Below, piece after piece: positions 47,820 to 56,765 of a stretch of DNA of 64,000 bases. Source of the DNA: Spirochaetaceae bacterium (lineage in GTDB: Bacteria; Spirochaetota; Spirochaetia; B11-G9). Under the pieces are notes generated by a model. That model worked only from the letters and a program-made list of their open reading frames with translations, ran no database searches and was not told where the DNA came from. Within the stretch, counting starts at the first letter, position 1; each line of letters opens with the position of its first letter. The DNA lies in contig WGCU01000041.1 of NCBI GenBank assembly GCA_015493635.1, positions 18,212-82,211 on the forward strand. Reading direction: 5' to 3'. A program made the position numbers and the translations under genes.

Positions 47820-48302
47820 GTGGAAAAGGTACCGGATCTGGATATGAAATTACTGCTGCTGAAAAATGTTCCTGTTCTTGCGTATGGAGGTTCCCGTCAG
47901 CTTCGGAAAGCCTTTCTATCGGGATGCAGGGATTATATTCGCATTCCTGTCACCCAAGATGAATTATATTTCCGTATTCTAAGAAATGTATCCTCTCATT
48001 TCCGAAGCTATGCATGGGATAAACTTACTGTTACCTGTAGATATATTACCGACGGGAAACAAAAAGTACCCTTAACATATCAACAGTTTCTTATTCTCCG
48101 GCTGCTGCTTGTTCACCGGAATGTCCCTGTTTCCCGTCAATCACTTCAGTATCTTCTCCGGGAAACGGTGAAGCCCGGCAGCAGGGATATAGATATGCAT
48201 ATTGTTGCTCTTCGTAGAAAACTTATCCAATTAAATTCGGATAATAAGATTAAAACAGTTACCAGATTAGGATATATGATAGAAAATGAGTATTGTGGAT
48301 AA
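47820..48302 (+). CDS. OmpR/PhoB-type winged-helix DNA-binding protein with a vestigial receiver remnant
   Basis: C-terminal trans_reg_C-like block (LTYQQFLILRLLLVHRNVPVSRQSLQYLL...DMHIVALRRKL...VTRLGYMI). Only about 60 residues lie N-terminal to it. GTG start. The in-frame upstream sequence has no ATG, GTG or TTG back to the stop at 47652. Confidence 0.5.
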   Translation: MEKVPDLDMKLLLLKNVPVLAYGGSRQLRKAFLSGCRDYIRIPVTQDELYFRILRNVSSHFRSYAWDKLTVTCRYITDGKQKVPLTYQQFLILRLLLVHRNVPVSRQSLQYLLRETVKPGSRDIDMHIVALRRKLIQLNSDNKIKTVTRLGYMIENEYCG

Positions 48303-48573
48303 GTTGTTGATATATACTTATCATACCTGTGAAAGTGCCCTGGAAGGCTGTTTTACACTATCTGGTTACAAATCAAGATTAAACCCTTCTATAACTATAT
48401 ATACTAATCTATTGTATTGTAAGCAGTTATGAATATGTATACTGTTTTGTAACAATACGCATTTTAGGTCCTTTCCGACGCCTAAAAACCATATTTATTT
48501 TGTTCCTGTGGATAAATCGTTGATAAGTCATCAGTAAAAATGGAGATTTTAGGATTCTCTTTTCTGGGGGGAC

Positions 48574-49131
48574 CTATGAATAAAATCCGAAACTGGTCAT
48601 TAAATCAAGGTCAGTGCGGTGTTTAATGCTGCCGGCATCTTTATCAGGGTATCCAAGGGTAATGAGCAGGGGTATGCTTTTTCTGTTGGGGACATGAAGA
48701 TATTCTTTTACCTTTTTCTCGTTAAACCATCCTATTATACATGTCCCGAGGCTATCTTCCGCGGCCTGCAGGCAGAAATGCTCTACCGCCATCCCCACAT
48801 CCATAAGATAGTATGGTTTCTTTTTTATATATCCGCCCAGGGAAGAGGAAACGTTGGGAGGTTCTGACACAACAGCGATAATGACAGGAGCCTTTTCAAC
48901 AAATCTGTTAAGTTTTGAGAGAGGGAGAACTGTTGCCTTTGCCAGTTTCCGTACCTGTTCCGGTTCGTCAACAATGACGAAGTGCCATGGCTGGGCGTTA
49001 CAGGCAGAAGGAGCAAGACGAGCGGCCTCAGCTGCTTTGAGGATGAGACGTCGTTCAACGCTGAGAGATTGATATTTTCGTATACTTGAGCGTTTGTTTA
49101 CGAGTTCCATAAACTTCATCGGGCAACCCAC
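48574..49131 (-). CDS. Nitroreductase family protein
   Basis: SSIRKY motif and FMN-dependent nitroreductase length. Confidence 0.7.
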   Translation of the reverse strand: MGCPMKFMELVNKRSSIRKYQSLSVERRLILKAAEAARLAPSACNAQPWHFVIVDEPEQVRKLAKATVLPLSKLNRFVEKAPVIIAVVSEPPNVSSSLGGYIKKKPYYLMDVGMAVEHFCLQAAEDSLGTCIIGWFNEKKVKEYLHVPNRKSIPLLITLGYPDKDAGSIKHRTDLDLMTSFGFYS

Positions 49132-50006
49132 TTCATATTTCCATCCCCATAGATACTGTCAACCTTTTTTTCTTCAAGAAGATAGGCAAGATATGACCGG
49201 ACAGTACCAAGGAGAAGAAAGTACTGGTTTGTATTGATTTCAAGGTTATAGTGCCTGCAAAGTTCAGCAAGCAGCTCCTCCACGGTAACAGGTGTCTGGA
49301 CGAGTGAAAGGATGAGGTCTATTATTTCCAGCATCTTTTCCCTGTTTTTTTCCACCATATCAGTGATATTCTGAACCGGTTCTCCGTGGGATGGTACGTA
49401 GAGAATGTTTTCCCGTTCCTGAAGCATAGTAATGGTTTCGAAATGATTTCTGACATCAAAGAGATAAAAAATATGATATTTTTTGATTATTGTTTCAGGA
49501 ATAAGACTGTCGGCGGTAAAAAGGACATTATCAGGAGTTTCAACACCGATCATTTTAAAAAAATGCCCAGGAAGATGTACCGCCTGAAGCGGAGTTTCCA
49601 GTATTTGACCATCAGGAGGGATAATATCAGTAACGGTGGATGGATTTGCCATGAGAAACTTATTCTGTAATTTAATACTGGGATATGAACCTGATACAAA
49701 CGCCGGTTCAAGAAAAGGAAAGGTAATAAAAGGGGCTTCCATATCGGTCGCGGCAATTCGGCAGGTTGTTTTTTTCTGCAGAAAAGCGTTTCCGCCTATG
49801 TGGTCAGCATTGGAATGTGTATTTATGATAAGTGCAAGTTCCCATTTCTGCTGTTTTAAAAACTTTAACACTTGTCTGCCTGCTTCTTTATCTATACCGC
49901 TGTCTATGAGGAAAGCTGAACCGTTTTCTTCATAAATACCAATATTGGAAGGTGAGGCAATATAATAGGTATGATTTGAAAGTTGTTTAAATGTATACTC
50001 TGACAC
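49116..50006 (-). CDS. MBL-fold metallo-hydrolase (variant metal motif HSNADH)
   Basis: THSNADHIGG block plus downstream His/Asp ligands. The second His of the HxHxDH motif is replaced by Asn. Confidence 0.6.
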   Translation of the reverse strand: MSEYTFKQLSNHTYYIASPSNIGIYEENGSAFLIDSGIDKEAGRQVLKFLKQQKWELALIINTHSNADHIGGNAFLQKKTTCRIAATDMEAPFITFPFLEPAFVSGSYPSIKLQNKFLMANPSTVTDIIPPDGQILETPLQAVHLPGHFFKMIGVETPDNVLFTADSLIPETIIKKYHIFYLFDVRNHFETITMLQERENILYVPSHGEPVQNITDMVEKNREKMLEIIDLILSLVQTPVTVEELLAELCRHYNLEINTNQYFLLLGTVRSYLAYLLEEKKVDSIYGDGNMKWVAR

Positions 50007-50017
50007 CTGTAAGCTCC

Positions 50018-51202
50018 TTATACGACTATAGCAGATGCTGAAGACTCTGTCGATGGTTCGATTTTTTTAAATACAGCGAAGGTTTCAAAATGTTTTGTAC
50101 CGGGGAAGAGGTCAATAAGGGATAAATCTGTTATTTTATAGAGTGATTTAACTGTTTCCGCATCCCGCTTGAGTGTTGCAGGGTTGCAACTGATGTAGAA
50201 TATCATATCAGGAGAAAACCGGCTGATCCATTTCCTGATATTTTTTACTCCTTTCCTCGGAGGATCAAACACAATGAGGTGGGGATCTTCACCATGAAAT
50301 TGGATAAGTTTTTTGTACAGCTCCTGTACGGCCTCTTTTCTATAGAGGTCCTGAACGATAACCTGTTTGGTCCTGTTAGAGGTGTGCTGTTTTTCTTTTT
50401 CGGGGGTTAAATCGGCAACGATAATATCTGCACCATGAAAAGAAGAGGTAAGATTTCCGTTTCCCCCGAAAATATCGAGAACCCTGGTATTCTGGATACT
50501 ATTAAAATGTCGGTTGAACGCTTCTGTAGTCAGAGCAGCAAGTTGACGGTTCATGGTAGTATTTACCTGGGAGAATCCGCCCTCTGCGTAGGATGTGTTG
50601 ATGGAAACAGTCGGATGTTCTTTTCCTTTACGGTGGTAAATTTCTATAATTCCTGTTTCAGGGGCATGGGGAGGGAGAAGCGCCTTCCAGGAGAAACCGC
50701 TGTACAGCTCTTGTATGGTCTCTCTGACGGAGGGTACGGGTAAAAGACACGCACTAGCGGGAATAAACTGTTGGAAAAACTTGCTGATGTAACCTAACTG
50801 GCCGGTTTTTATATTGTAATGGAGTTGTACCCTGTTTCGGTATCCAAACCGTTTTTCGGCAGGATACACAGAAAATTTCACAGTGCTGTCAACGAGATTC
50901 TGGAAAGTATTTTGAAGGTACAGCTCTTTCAACGCTCTTTCATTTTTATATGAAGTATGAAGATACTGGCAGCCTCCGCATCGGCTGAACATACTGCACG
51001 CCGGTTCTATCCGCTGTTCAGATTTTACAGTAATCTCTTTCACCATAGCGAAGCGGACACCTTTTGCTTTTCTGTAGACCTCTGCTGTCCCCTCTTCTCC
51101 GGGAAGTACTTTTTCAATAAACGTTACCTCCCCGTCTTTAGAAACTCCCTGGCCTAAACCATCCATATGCAGTATCTTGAAATTAATTGTTTCATCATTC
51201 AT
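50018..51202 (-). CDS. TRAM-domain RNA (uracil-5)-methyltransferase, RlmD/RumA family
   Basis: N-terminal TRAM domain, Fe-S cysteines (CSMFSRCGGCQY), and SAM motif I (VLDIFGGNGNL). Confidence 0.75.
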   Translation of the reverse strand: MNDETINFKILHMDGLGQGVSKDGEVTFIEKVLPGEEGTAEVYRKAKGVRFAMVKEITVKSEQRIEPACSMFSRCGGCQYLHTSYKNERALKELYLQNTFQNLVDSTVKFSVYPAEKRFGYRNRVQLHYNIKTGQLGYISKFFQQFIPASACLLPVPSVRETIQELYSGFSWKALLPPHAPETGIIEIYHRKGKEHPTVSINTSYAEGGFSQVNTTMNRQLAALTTEAFNRHFNSIQNTRVLDIFGGNGNLTSSFHGADIIVADLTPEKEKQHTSNRTKQVIVQDLYRKEAVQELYKKLIQFHGEDPHLIVFDPPRKGVKNIRKWISRFSPDMIFYISCNPATLKRDAETVKSLYKITDLSLIDLFPGTKHFETFAVFKKIEPSTESSASAIVV

Positions 51203-51220
51203 AGTAATGACTGTATCTGA

Positions 51221-51817
51221 TTGACCCTTTTTATAAAAGGAGAAAATATGCTTAAAGATCTCATTTTAAAAAGCAGATCATACCGGAGATTTTTTCAGAA
51301 TAATGAAATCTCCCGTCAAACCCTCGAAGATCTCGTTTCCTTGGCAAGGATAACACCATCCGCAGCAAATAAGCAGCCTCTTAAATTTGTTCTTGCCAAT
51401 TCTCCTGAAAAAAATGAGCTTATTTTCAAAACCCTTGCATGGGCCGGGTATCTGCCTGAATGGAAAGGTCCTGAGGAAGGAGAAAAACCTTCTGCGTATA
51501 TAGTTGTTCTTGGAGACCGTCAAATAAGTACAAAATACTATGCTGATCCTGGGATAGTTATGCAGACGATACTGCTGGGAGCGGTGGAAAAGGGGTACGG
51601 CGGCTGTATTTTTGCTTCAATAAACAGGCCTTCTCTTGCAGCTGCACTTTCCCTTCCCGGCCAATATGAGATATTATATGTTATTGCTCTTGGGAAACCA
51701 CTGGAAACTGTTGTTCTTGAGGATATGAAGAATGATGATGTTAAGTACTGGAGAGACGGAGACGGTGTTCATCATGTTCCGAAGAGAAAAATGGATGAAT
51801 TGATACTTTCACTATAA
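51221..51817 (+). CDS. Nitroreductase family protein
   Basis: SRSYRRF motif, positioned divergently from rlmD. Confidence 0.7.
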   Translation: MTLFIKGENMLKDLILKSRSYRRFFQNNEISRQTLEDLVSLARITPSAANKQPLKFVLANSPEKNELIFKTLAWAGYLPEWKGPEEGEKPSAYIVVLGDRQISTKYYADPGIVMQTILLGAVEKGYGGCIFASINRPSLAAALSLPGQYEILYVIALGKPLETVVLEDMKNDDVKYWRDGDGVHHVPKRKMDELILSL

Positions 51818-51828
51818 GGAGGGCAGAT

Positions 51829-52998
51829 ATGTTTTCAAATCGGATAATGGGTGTTCCTAAATCGTTTATTCGCGAAATTTTAAAGATAGCAGGAGATCCT
51901 CACATCATTTCCTTTGCGGGTGGGCTGCCGAACGGGAGTTTGTTTCCCATGGAGCATCTGAGAGCTGCAACTGAAAGAGTCTTTGAAAAAGGGGAACCCG
52001 GTATAATGCAGTACAGCAACTCTGAGGGATACTATCCCTTAAGAGAAAAGATTGCTGAACGGTACCGGAATTCTTCCAATATCAACGTTAATCCGGATAC
52101 TATTCTTATTACAAACGGATCGCAGCAGGGACTCGATATCCTTGGAAAAGTTTTTATCAATGAAGGGGACGATATCATTGTTGAAGAACCGGGATACCTT
52201 GGGGCAATTCAGGCTTTTGCCACGTACAGCGCCCGGTTCAATGCAGTTCCTGTAAATGAAGAAGGGATCGATCTAGAAAAGCTGGAGCAGACTCTTAAAG
52301 GAACGTCTTCGAAGCTTATCTATGTTGTTCCGAATTTTCAGAACCCTTCCGGAATAACCTATTCCAATGAAAACAGAGCCGCTGCAGCTGCCCTCATAAA
52401 GGAAGCGGGAATGTATCTTGTGGAGGATAATCCCTATGGGGAACTGCGGTTTGCAGGGACACATAAAAAATCTTTTTTTGAATTTATCCCTGAACAGACG
52501 ATTCTTCTTGGAACTATATCCAAAACTATTGCACCCTCGTTCCGTCTTGGATGGATTGCTGCTCCGGATGATGTTTTTGAGAAGCTTTTAGTAGCCAAGC
52601 AGGCAGCGGATCTTCATACCAATTACTTCAGTCAGAGAATCGTGGAAGAGTTCCTTTCTGATTACAGTTTGGACAAACATGTTGAGAAAATTAGAATTGT
52701 GTATGGTGAGCAGAAAGCAGCAATGATTAAGGCTATAGAGAAATATTTTCCGCCTGAGGTTACGTATACTAATCCTGAGGGAGGGATGTTTATATGGGGT
52801 ACCCTTCCTAAGGGTCTTTCCGCAACTGAACTGTTTAACCGTGCTGTTAAGAAAAATGTTGCGTTTGTACCGGGGGATGCTTTCTATGTAAATAAAACAG
52901 ATTTGAACACTTTTCGGCTTAATTACTCAAATTCTGATAAAGAATCAATAGAGAAAGGGATTGAGATCCTCGGCCAGTGTATCCGCGGGATGTTATAA
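51829..52998 (+). CDS. PLP-dependent aminotransferase, class I/II (2-aminoadipate/aromatic aminotransferase-like)
   Basis: Block FAGGLPN...VVPNFQNPSG...GTISKTIAPSFRLGW, containing a putative PLP-binding Lys (SK). Confidence 0.8.
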   Translation: MFSNRIMGVPKSFIREILKIAGDPHIISFAGGLPNGSLFPMEHLRAATERVFEKGEPGIMQYSNSEGYYPLREKIAERYRNSSNINVNPDTILITNGSQQGLDILGKVFINEGDDIIVEEPGYLGAIQAFATYSARFNAVPVNEEGIDLEKLEQTLKGTSSKLIYVVPNFQNPSGITYSNENRAAAAALIKEAGMYLVEDNPYGELRFAGTHKKSFFEFIPEQTILLGTISKTIAPSFRLGWIAAPDDVFEKLLVAKQAADLHTNYFSQRIVEEFLSDYSLDKHVEKIRIVYGEQKAAMIKAIEKYFPPEVTYTNPEGGMFIWGTLPKGLSATELFNRAVKKNVAFVPGDAFYVNKTDLNTFRLNYSNSDKESIEKGIEILGQCIRGML

Positions 52999-55467
52999 TG
53001 TATGAGAGAAATTTCCTGTAGCAGAATCGACGTAAGTCAGCATAGGAGCAGGGAATGATTTTGACAGAGTCAGAGCTTTTTCGGCAGAGGTAAGAATTTC
53101 GTTTTCTGTTAAAGGTTCCTGGTATTCAACAATCCCCGCAAAACAGGGGAGTTTTTCTCCTGCAGTTTTGAAGAACCGCTCCATGAACTTTAGAGCTCCT
53201 GCCGTTTCTGTATCCGGGAGCAAAAGGAGCAGTTTATCTTCCTCAATGCGGATAGGGATATCTTCAAACTGTCTTATTGAGTCGGATATAAGTGCTGCTA
53301 CTTGTTTTAATATTGATATCTGCTCTTCCGTACTTTTATCAGGGAGATGATAATCTCTTGTTTCCAGCCGGATGATAGTAAAGGGTTCTCCTGTTTCTCT
53401 CGCTTTTTTAATATGCTGCAGGAGATAGCTGCTAAGCATTTTGCTGCCGGGAAATCCTGAAATACTGTCTATTTCTCCCGTTAGTTTGTGAGGATTTAAC
53501 TCCTCTTCTTCTTCTTTTTCAGTTAATGAGCTCGTTGAAGAAGCAGATATGATGGAATAAACGGGGATGAAACCTAGATTTCCTTCACTTCTAAAGAGAA
53601 CTGACGGAGTATCGGTATAAGCGGGACTCTGTTTGTTATTCAGCAGATAATCAAGAACAAGGACAATATTCAATGCAGAAAGAATAAGATTTTTATTGGT
53701 AAATGGTTTATTCTTCTTTTTAAAATATGTTTTAAGTTTTTTTGATAGTGCGGTATCAACTTCAAATACTGCATTTTGTTCAGGGTTCCGTATTGTTTCA
53801 ATAGGGATTCCCTCATTATTCCATATTTCAAGAACCATACGCTGCAGAACGTCTTTTAGAATCCGCGTAGTTTTATAGAGTTTTGGAACAGAAAGGGTAA
53901 TTCTCGGCTGCATAATTTTGGGAGTATCAAGATACAGATGCGGGAAAATATACTTCTTCCTTACCCATAGTAGATCAGCTTTCATCCGCTGAGCATAATC
54001 AGAGTTTATAAATGATCCGTCACGTTCCAGTTGGCGGCAGTACTCTGTCAGAGAAGTGATGTAGTTTTTTTCTATCAGTGTTGTCAGGAAAAGATACCAG
54101 TTGTCGGTTATGCTTTCCATTATATCCTTTACTTCCCGGGCTGTCCCCTTTTCATCCCGTATAAAACCATATTCAATGGATCTGAATCCGAAAAAAAGTT
54201 CTTTAAGGACAGCTGTAAGAATAACGACTTTTTGAAGAATGTCATCAGGTGTAATGAGAGCGAGATCAGGGGATAAATCAAGGAGATGCTGTAAAGCGGG
54301 GAACATGTCCGGTTTGTTTTTTAACTTGAGCCAACCCGTACCGGGAAATAAGCTTTCAAGGAAAAACAGTCCCTGGGTAATACCGATATCTACCGGCTCT
54401 TTATTGTTTACATCCTCATTTCTTTCTTGTTGATCTGATTCTGCCTTTTCTTTTTTTATCTCGGTTTCAGCCTGTTTTACTGCTTTGTATGTAACAAGAT
54501 CAGCGGGATTGATTTCAAGAAAAGATAGTATTTTTTTCCCCTGATATTTCAGCATATCGTGATAGGAATAAGCTTTTGGTGAAATAAGTAAGAGCATAAG
54601 AGGATAAAGATTGTATTTTACCTGAGTAAAAATGATCTCTATTTCTCCCAGAGCAAGGATGTACCGCTTTCTAAGTTTTGTAATTTTTACATGCCGCAGG
54701 GGAAGTCCGGCTATACTCTGATTATAAAGATATTCAAGGGCATTTTTTATATCTCTTCCTGTATCTACTTTTGAAAGAAGAATAATAGGAGCGTATACTT
54801 TTTGGACAAATGTTGAACAAGCCTCAACCGAAACGGTACGGGAGAATGTTTTTAGCCGTGCTATCTCCTGTTCAATAGCTTCAATATCCCATTCCATTAT
54901 TGTTTTTATTATCATCCAGGAATAAGGATCTTTTCTGGAAAAAATGTCTTTATTTTCAATTCCTCCATAGAGAATCCGTGCTGACAAGGTTAACTGCTCA
55001 ATATGTTTGTAAATAACAGAATGAAGTGTTTTTATAAAAAACGGATTGATTTTGTTTTTGTACCCAGGCAGGAAGCTTAAGAAGGCGGCAAAAACGTTGC
55101 TGACAGATTTAATATGGTATGAACTATGGTATGCGGTCAAAGAAAGCTTTATCCTCTGAAGATATGACTGTTTTACCCGCTCAACAGGTTTTGTTTTTAG
55201 AACTCTGGGAGGTTGAACGGTATGGGGTCGATGCATGCGTTCTGATGGTTTTGATTGATAGAGAAGCCGGGAATCCTGTTTCCGTCTGTTTTGTTCCGCG
55301 AACTCCTTGTACCGGTTATTTATATGTTCATCGGTACGTTCAATCCCAATCTCTCCCCCAAGTATTTCCGCCATCTTTTTTGCTTCCTGAGGAGAAATCT
55401 CACCGATGTTTCTTTTTGTATTGAACAGCTCTCCCGGTTCGAAGATTTCTTTGGGCCTTTTTGACAT
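52993..55467 (-). CDS. Large (824 aa) Lys-rich protein with a C-terminal degenerate GGDEF-like domain
   Basis: The last 160 aa align with the GGDEF fold. The catalytic RxGGDEF motif reads PIRIEEDKLLLLL, so the protein is predicted inactive as a cyclase. Confidence 0.5.
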   Translation of the reverse strand: MSKRPKEIFEPGELFNTKRNIGEISPQEAKKMAEILGGEIGIERTDEHINNRYKEFAEQNRRKQDSRLLYQSKPSERMHRPHTVQPPRVLKTKPVERVKQSYLQRIKLSLTAYHSSYHIKSVSNVFAAFLSFLPGYKNKINPFFIKTLHSVIYKHIEQLTLSARILYGGIENKDIFSRKDPYSWMIIKTIMEWDIEAIEQEIARLKTFSRTVSVEACSTFVQKVYAPIILLSKVDTGRDIKNALEYLYNQSIAGLPLRHVKITKLRKRYILALGEIEIIFTQVKYNLYPLMLLLISPKAYSYHDMLKYQGKKILSFLEINPADLVTYKAVKQAETEIKKEKAESDQQERNEDVNNKEPVDIGITQGLFFLESLFPGTGWLKLKNKPDMFPALQHLLDLSPDLALITPDDILQKVVILTAVLKELFFGFRSIEYGFIRDEKGTAREVKDIMESITDNWYLFLTTLIEKNYITSLTEYCRQLERDGSFINSDYAQRMKADLLWVRKKYIFPHLYLDTPKIMQPRITLSVPKLYKTTRILKDVLQRMVLEIWNNEGIPIETIRNPEQNAVFEVDTALSKKLKTYFKKKNKPFTNKNLILSALNIVLVLDYLLNNKQSPAYTDTPSVLFRSEGNLGFIPVYSIISASSTSSLTEKEEEEELNPHKLTGEIDSISGFPGSKMLSSYLLQHIKKARETGEPFTIIRLETRDYHLPDKSTEEQISILKQVAALISDSIRQFEDIPIRIEEDKLLLLLPDTETAGALKFMERFFKTAGEKLPCFAGIVEYQEPLTENEILTSAEKALTLSKSFPAPMLTYVDSATGNFSHTL

Positions 55468-56763
55468 TTACACTCCGGTTTCTATTATACTCCGTTTTGT
55501 AATAATTTCATTTATTTTTTTTATGTAGCTGGTCTTCATAGCTTCTTCAAAATCATCATTCGTATTGTACTGAAAACCGAAAACATCATCCCACAGTGAT
55601 TTTTCCTCCATACACATGTAAAAAAAGACCTTCTCTTTCCACTCTTTTGAGAAACTTTGGTATGCGGTCTGAAACATGCATCGTTTAATTTCAAGAGGAT
55701 ATGACAATTTTCCACTTGCATCTTCCAGAGGCATCTGGAGAATTTTACTCTTTAATGTATGCTTTCGCAGCTGTTTAATAACCGGTTTTATGAAGGTAAG
55801 TGTACCGAGAGAGATAAGTACCACTTCTTCAGGACGGAACATCTTCTGAAGACGGGAAAAAAGTTGTTTATATTCTTTTTCCCAATTCTTGTAATAAACC
55901 ATAGGATGAAAGTGAAAACCCACAAGCAGACCTTTGTCGGCTACTTCTCTGGCAGCAGAGAGTCTTCTTGCGAGAGGTGCCGTGAAGTGTTCCTCTGAAG
56001 TGATAATAGTATCAGTATTAAGTGACCACGTAACAAGAACATTCAGGGGAATATCATGATTTCTGAAATAAGCTATATTGTCGGATTTTGTTTTTAATTC
56101 AAGAATAACATTGGGATGCTTCCGGGCAAAATCGAAGAGAGCATCAAGGAGGCCTTCCTTATTCCCCCACATGAGGGAATCTGATGATTGGCCCGTTCCA
56201 ATGTGATAAATTTTGTCCGGATCAATAGTGAGTTTATGAAGTTTGGTAACAAAATCTTTCTGGAAAACAATATTTCCTTCGGTGTAGAATGATTGAATTG
56301 AACAATAACTGCAGCCGAAACCACATCCTTTAACGGCATCAAGGGTCTGCAGGTTACAGCATCTGGTTTTATCACTAGCCACGGGACATTTACCAAGGAG
56401 TGTTGTTTCTTCCTCCTCAACAGAAAAGATTAATGGAGTTGTTTCAGGAGGTTCCGGGATGAATGAGGTATAATCTTTCTTTTTATTTTTGATAGTTTCC
56501 CATGAGTGAATAAGTGAATCCATAACCAGTTTCGTACGGGTTTTACCGGTGGTTTTTGATTCTTCATGATCCTGCCAAAGATCCTGAATGGTTCCCTCTT
56601 CCCACATTTCAAGGTCCAATGCTATATCTATCATCTGTTTAATATACTGAAATGAGAGATGAAACTTTGCTGCTTTTTGTTGAATAAACTCCCGCTCGGC
56701 AGATTGCAATGAAGCAAAACCGGAAGTATTTTTGAAAAGGTCCATTTTATGGTAAGATTTCAT
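55468..56763 (-). CDS. Radical SAM protein, spore-photoproduct-lyase/DNA-photolyase-like (COG1533-type)
   Basis: CGFGCSYCSIQ CxxxCxxC cluster with upstream Cys residues (TRCCNLQ). Confidence 0.6.
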   Translation of the reverse strand: MKSYHKMDLFKNTSGFASLQSAEREFIQQKAAKFHLSFQYIKQMIDIALDLEMWEEGTIQDLWQDHEESKTTGKTRTKLVMDSLIHSWETIKNKKKDYTSFIPEPPETTPLIFSVEEEETTLLGKCPVASDKTRCCNLQTLDAVKGCGFGCSYCSIQSFYTEGNIVFQKDFVTKLHKLTIDPDKIYHIGTGQSSDSLMWGNKEGLLDALFDFARKHPNVILELKTKSDNIAYFRNHDIPLNVLVTWSLNTDTIITSEEHFTAPLARRLSAAREVADKGLLVGFHFHPMVYYKNWEKEYKQLFSRLQKMFRPEEVVLISLGTLTFIKPVIKQLRKHTLKSKILQMPLEDASGKLSYPLEIKRCMFQTAYQSFSKEWKEKVFFYMCMEEKSLWDDVFGFQYNTNDDFEEAMKTSYIKKINEIITKRSIIETGV

Positions 56764-56765
56764 TA

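Noticed and set aside
48507-48515. Perfect DnaA box as evidence for oriC
   Set aside because: It is a single consensus box with only two weak neighbours, and it sits 45 kb from gyrA and parAB. It is more likely coincidental or a regulatory site. I kept it as a low-interest finding only.
52993-53500. Active diguanylate cyclase call for the 824 aa protein
   Set aside because: The GG(D/E)EF motif reads IEEDK. I annotated the protein as degenerate GGDEF-like rather than as an active cyclase.
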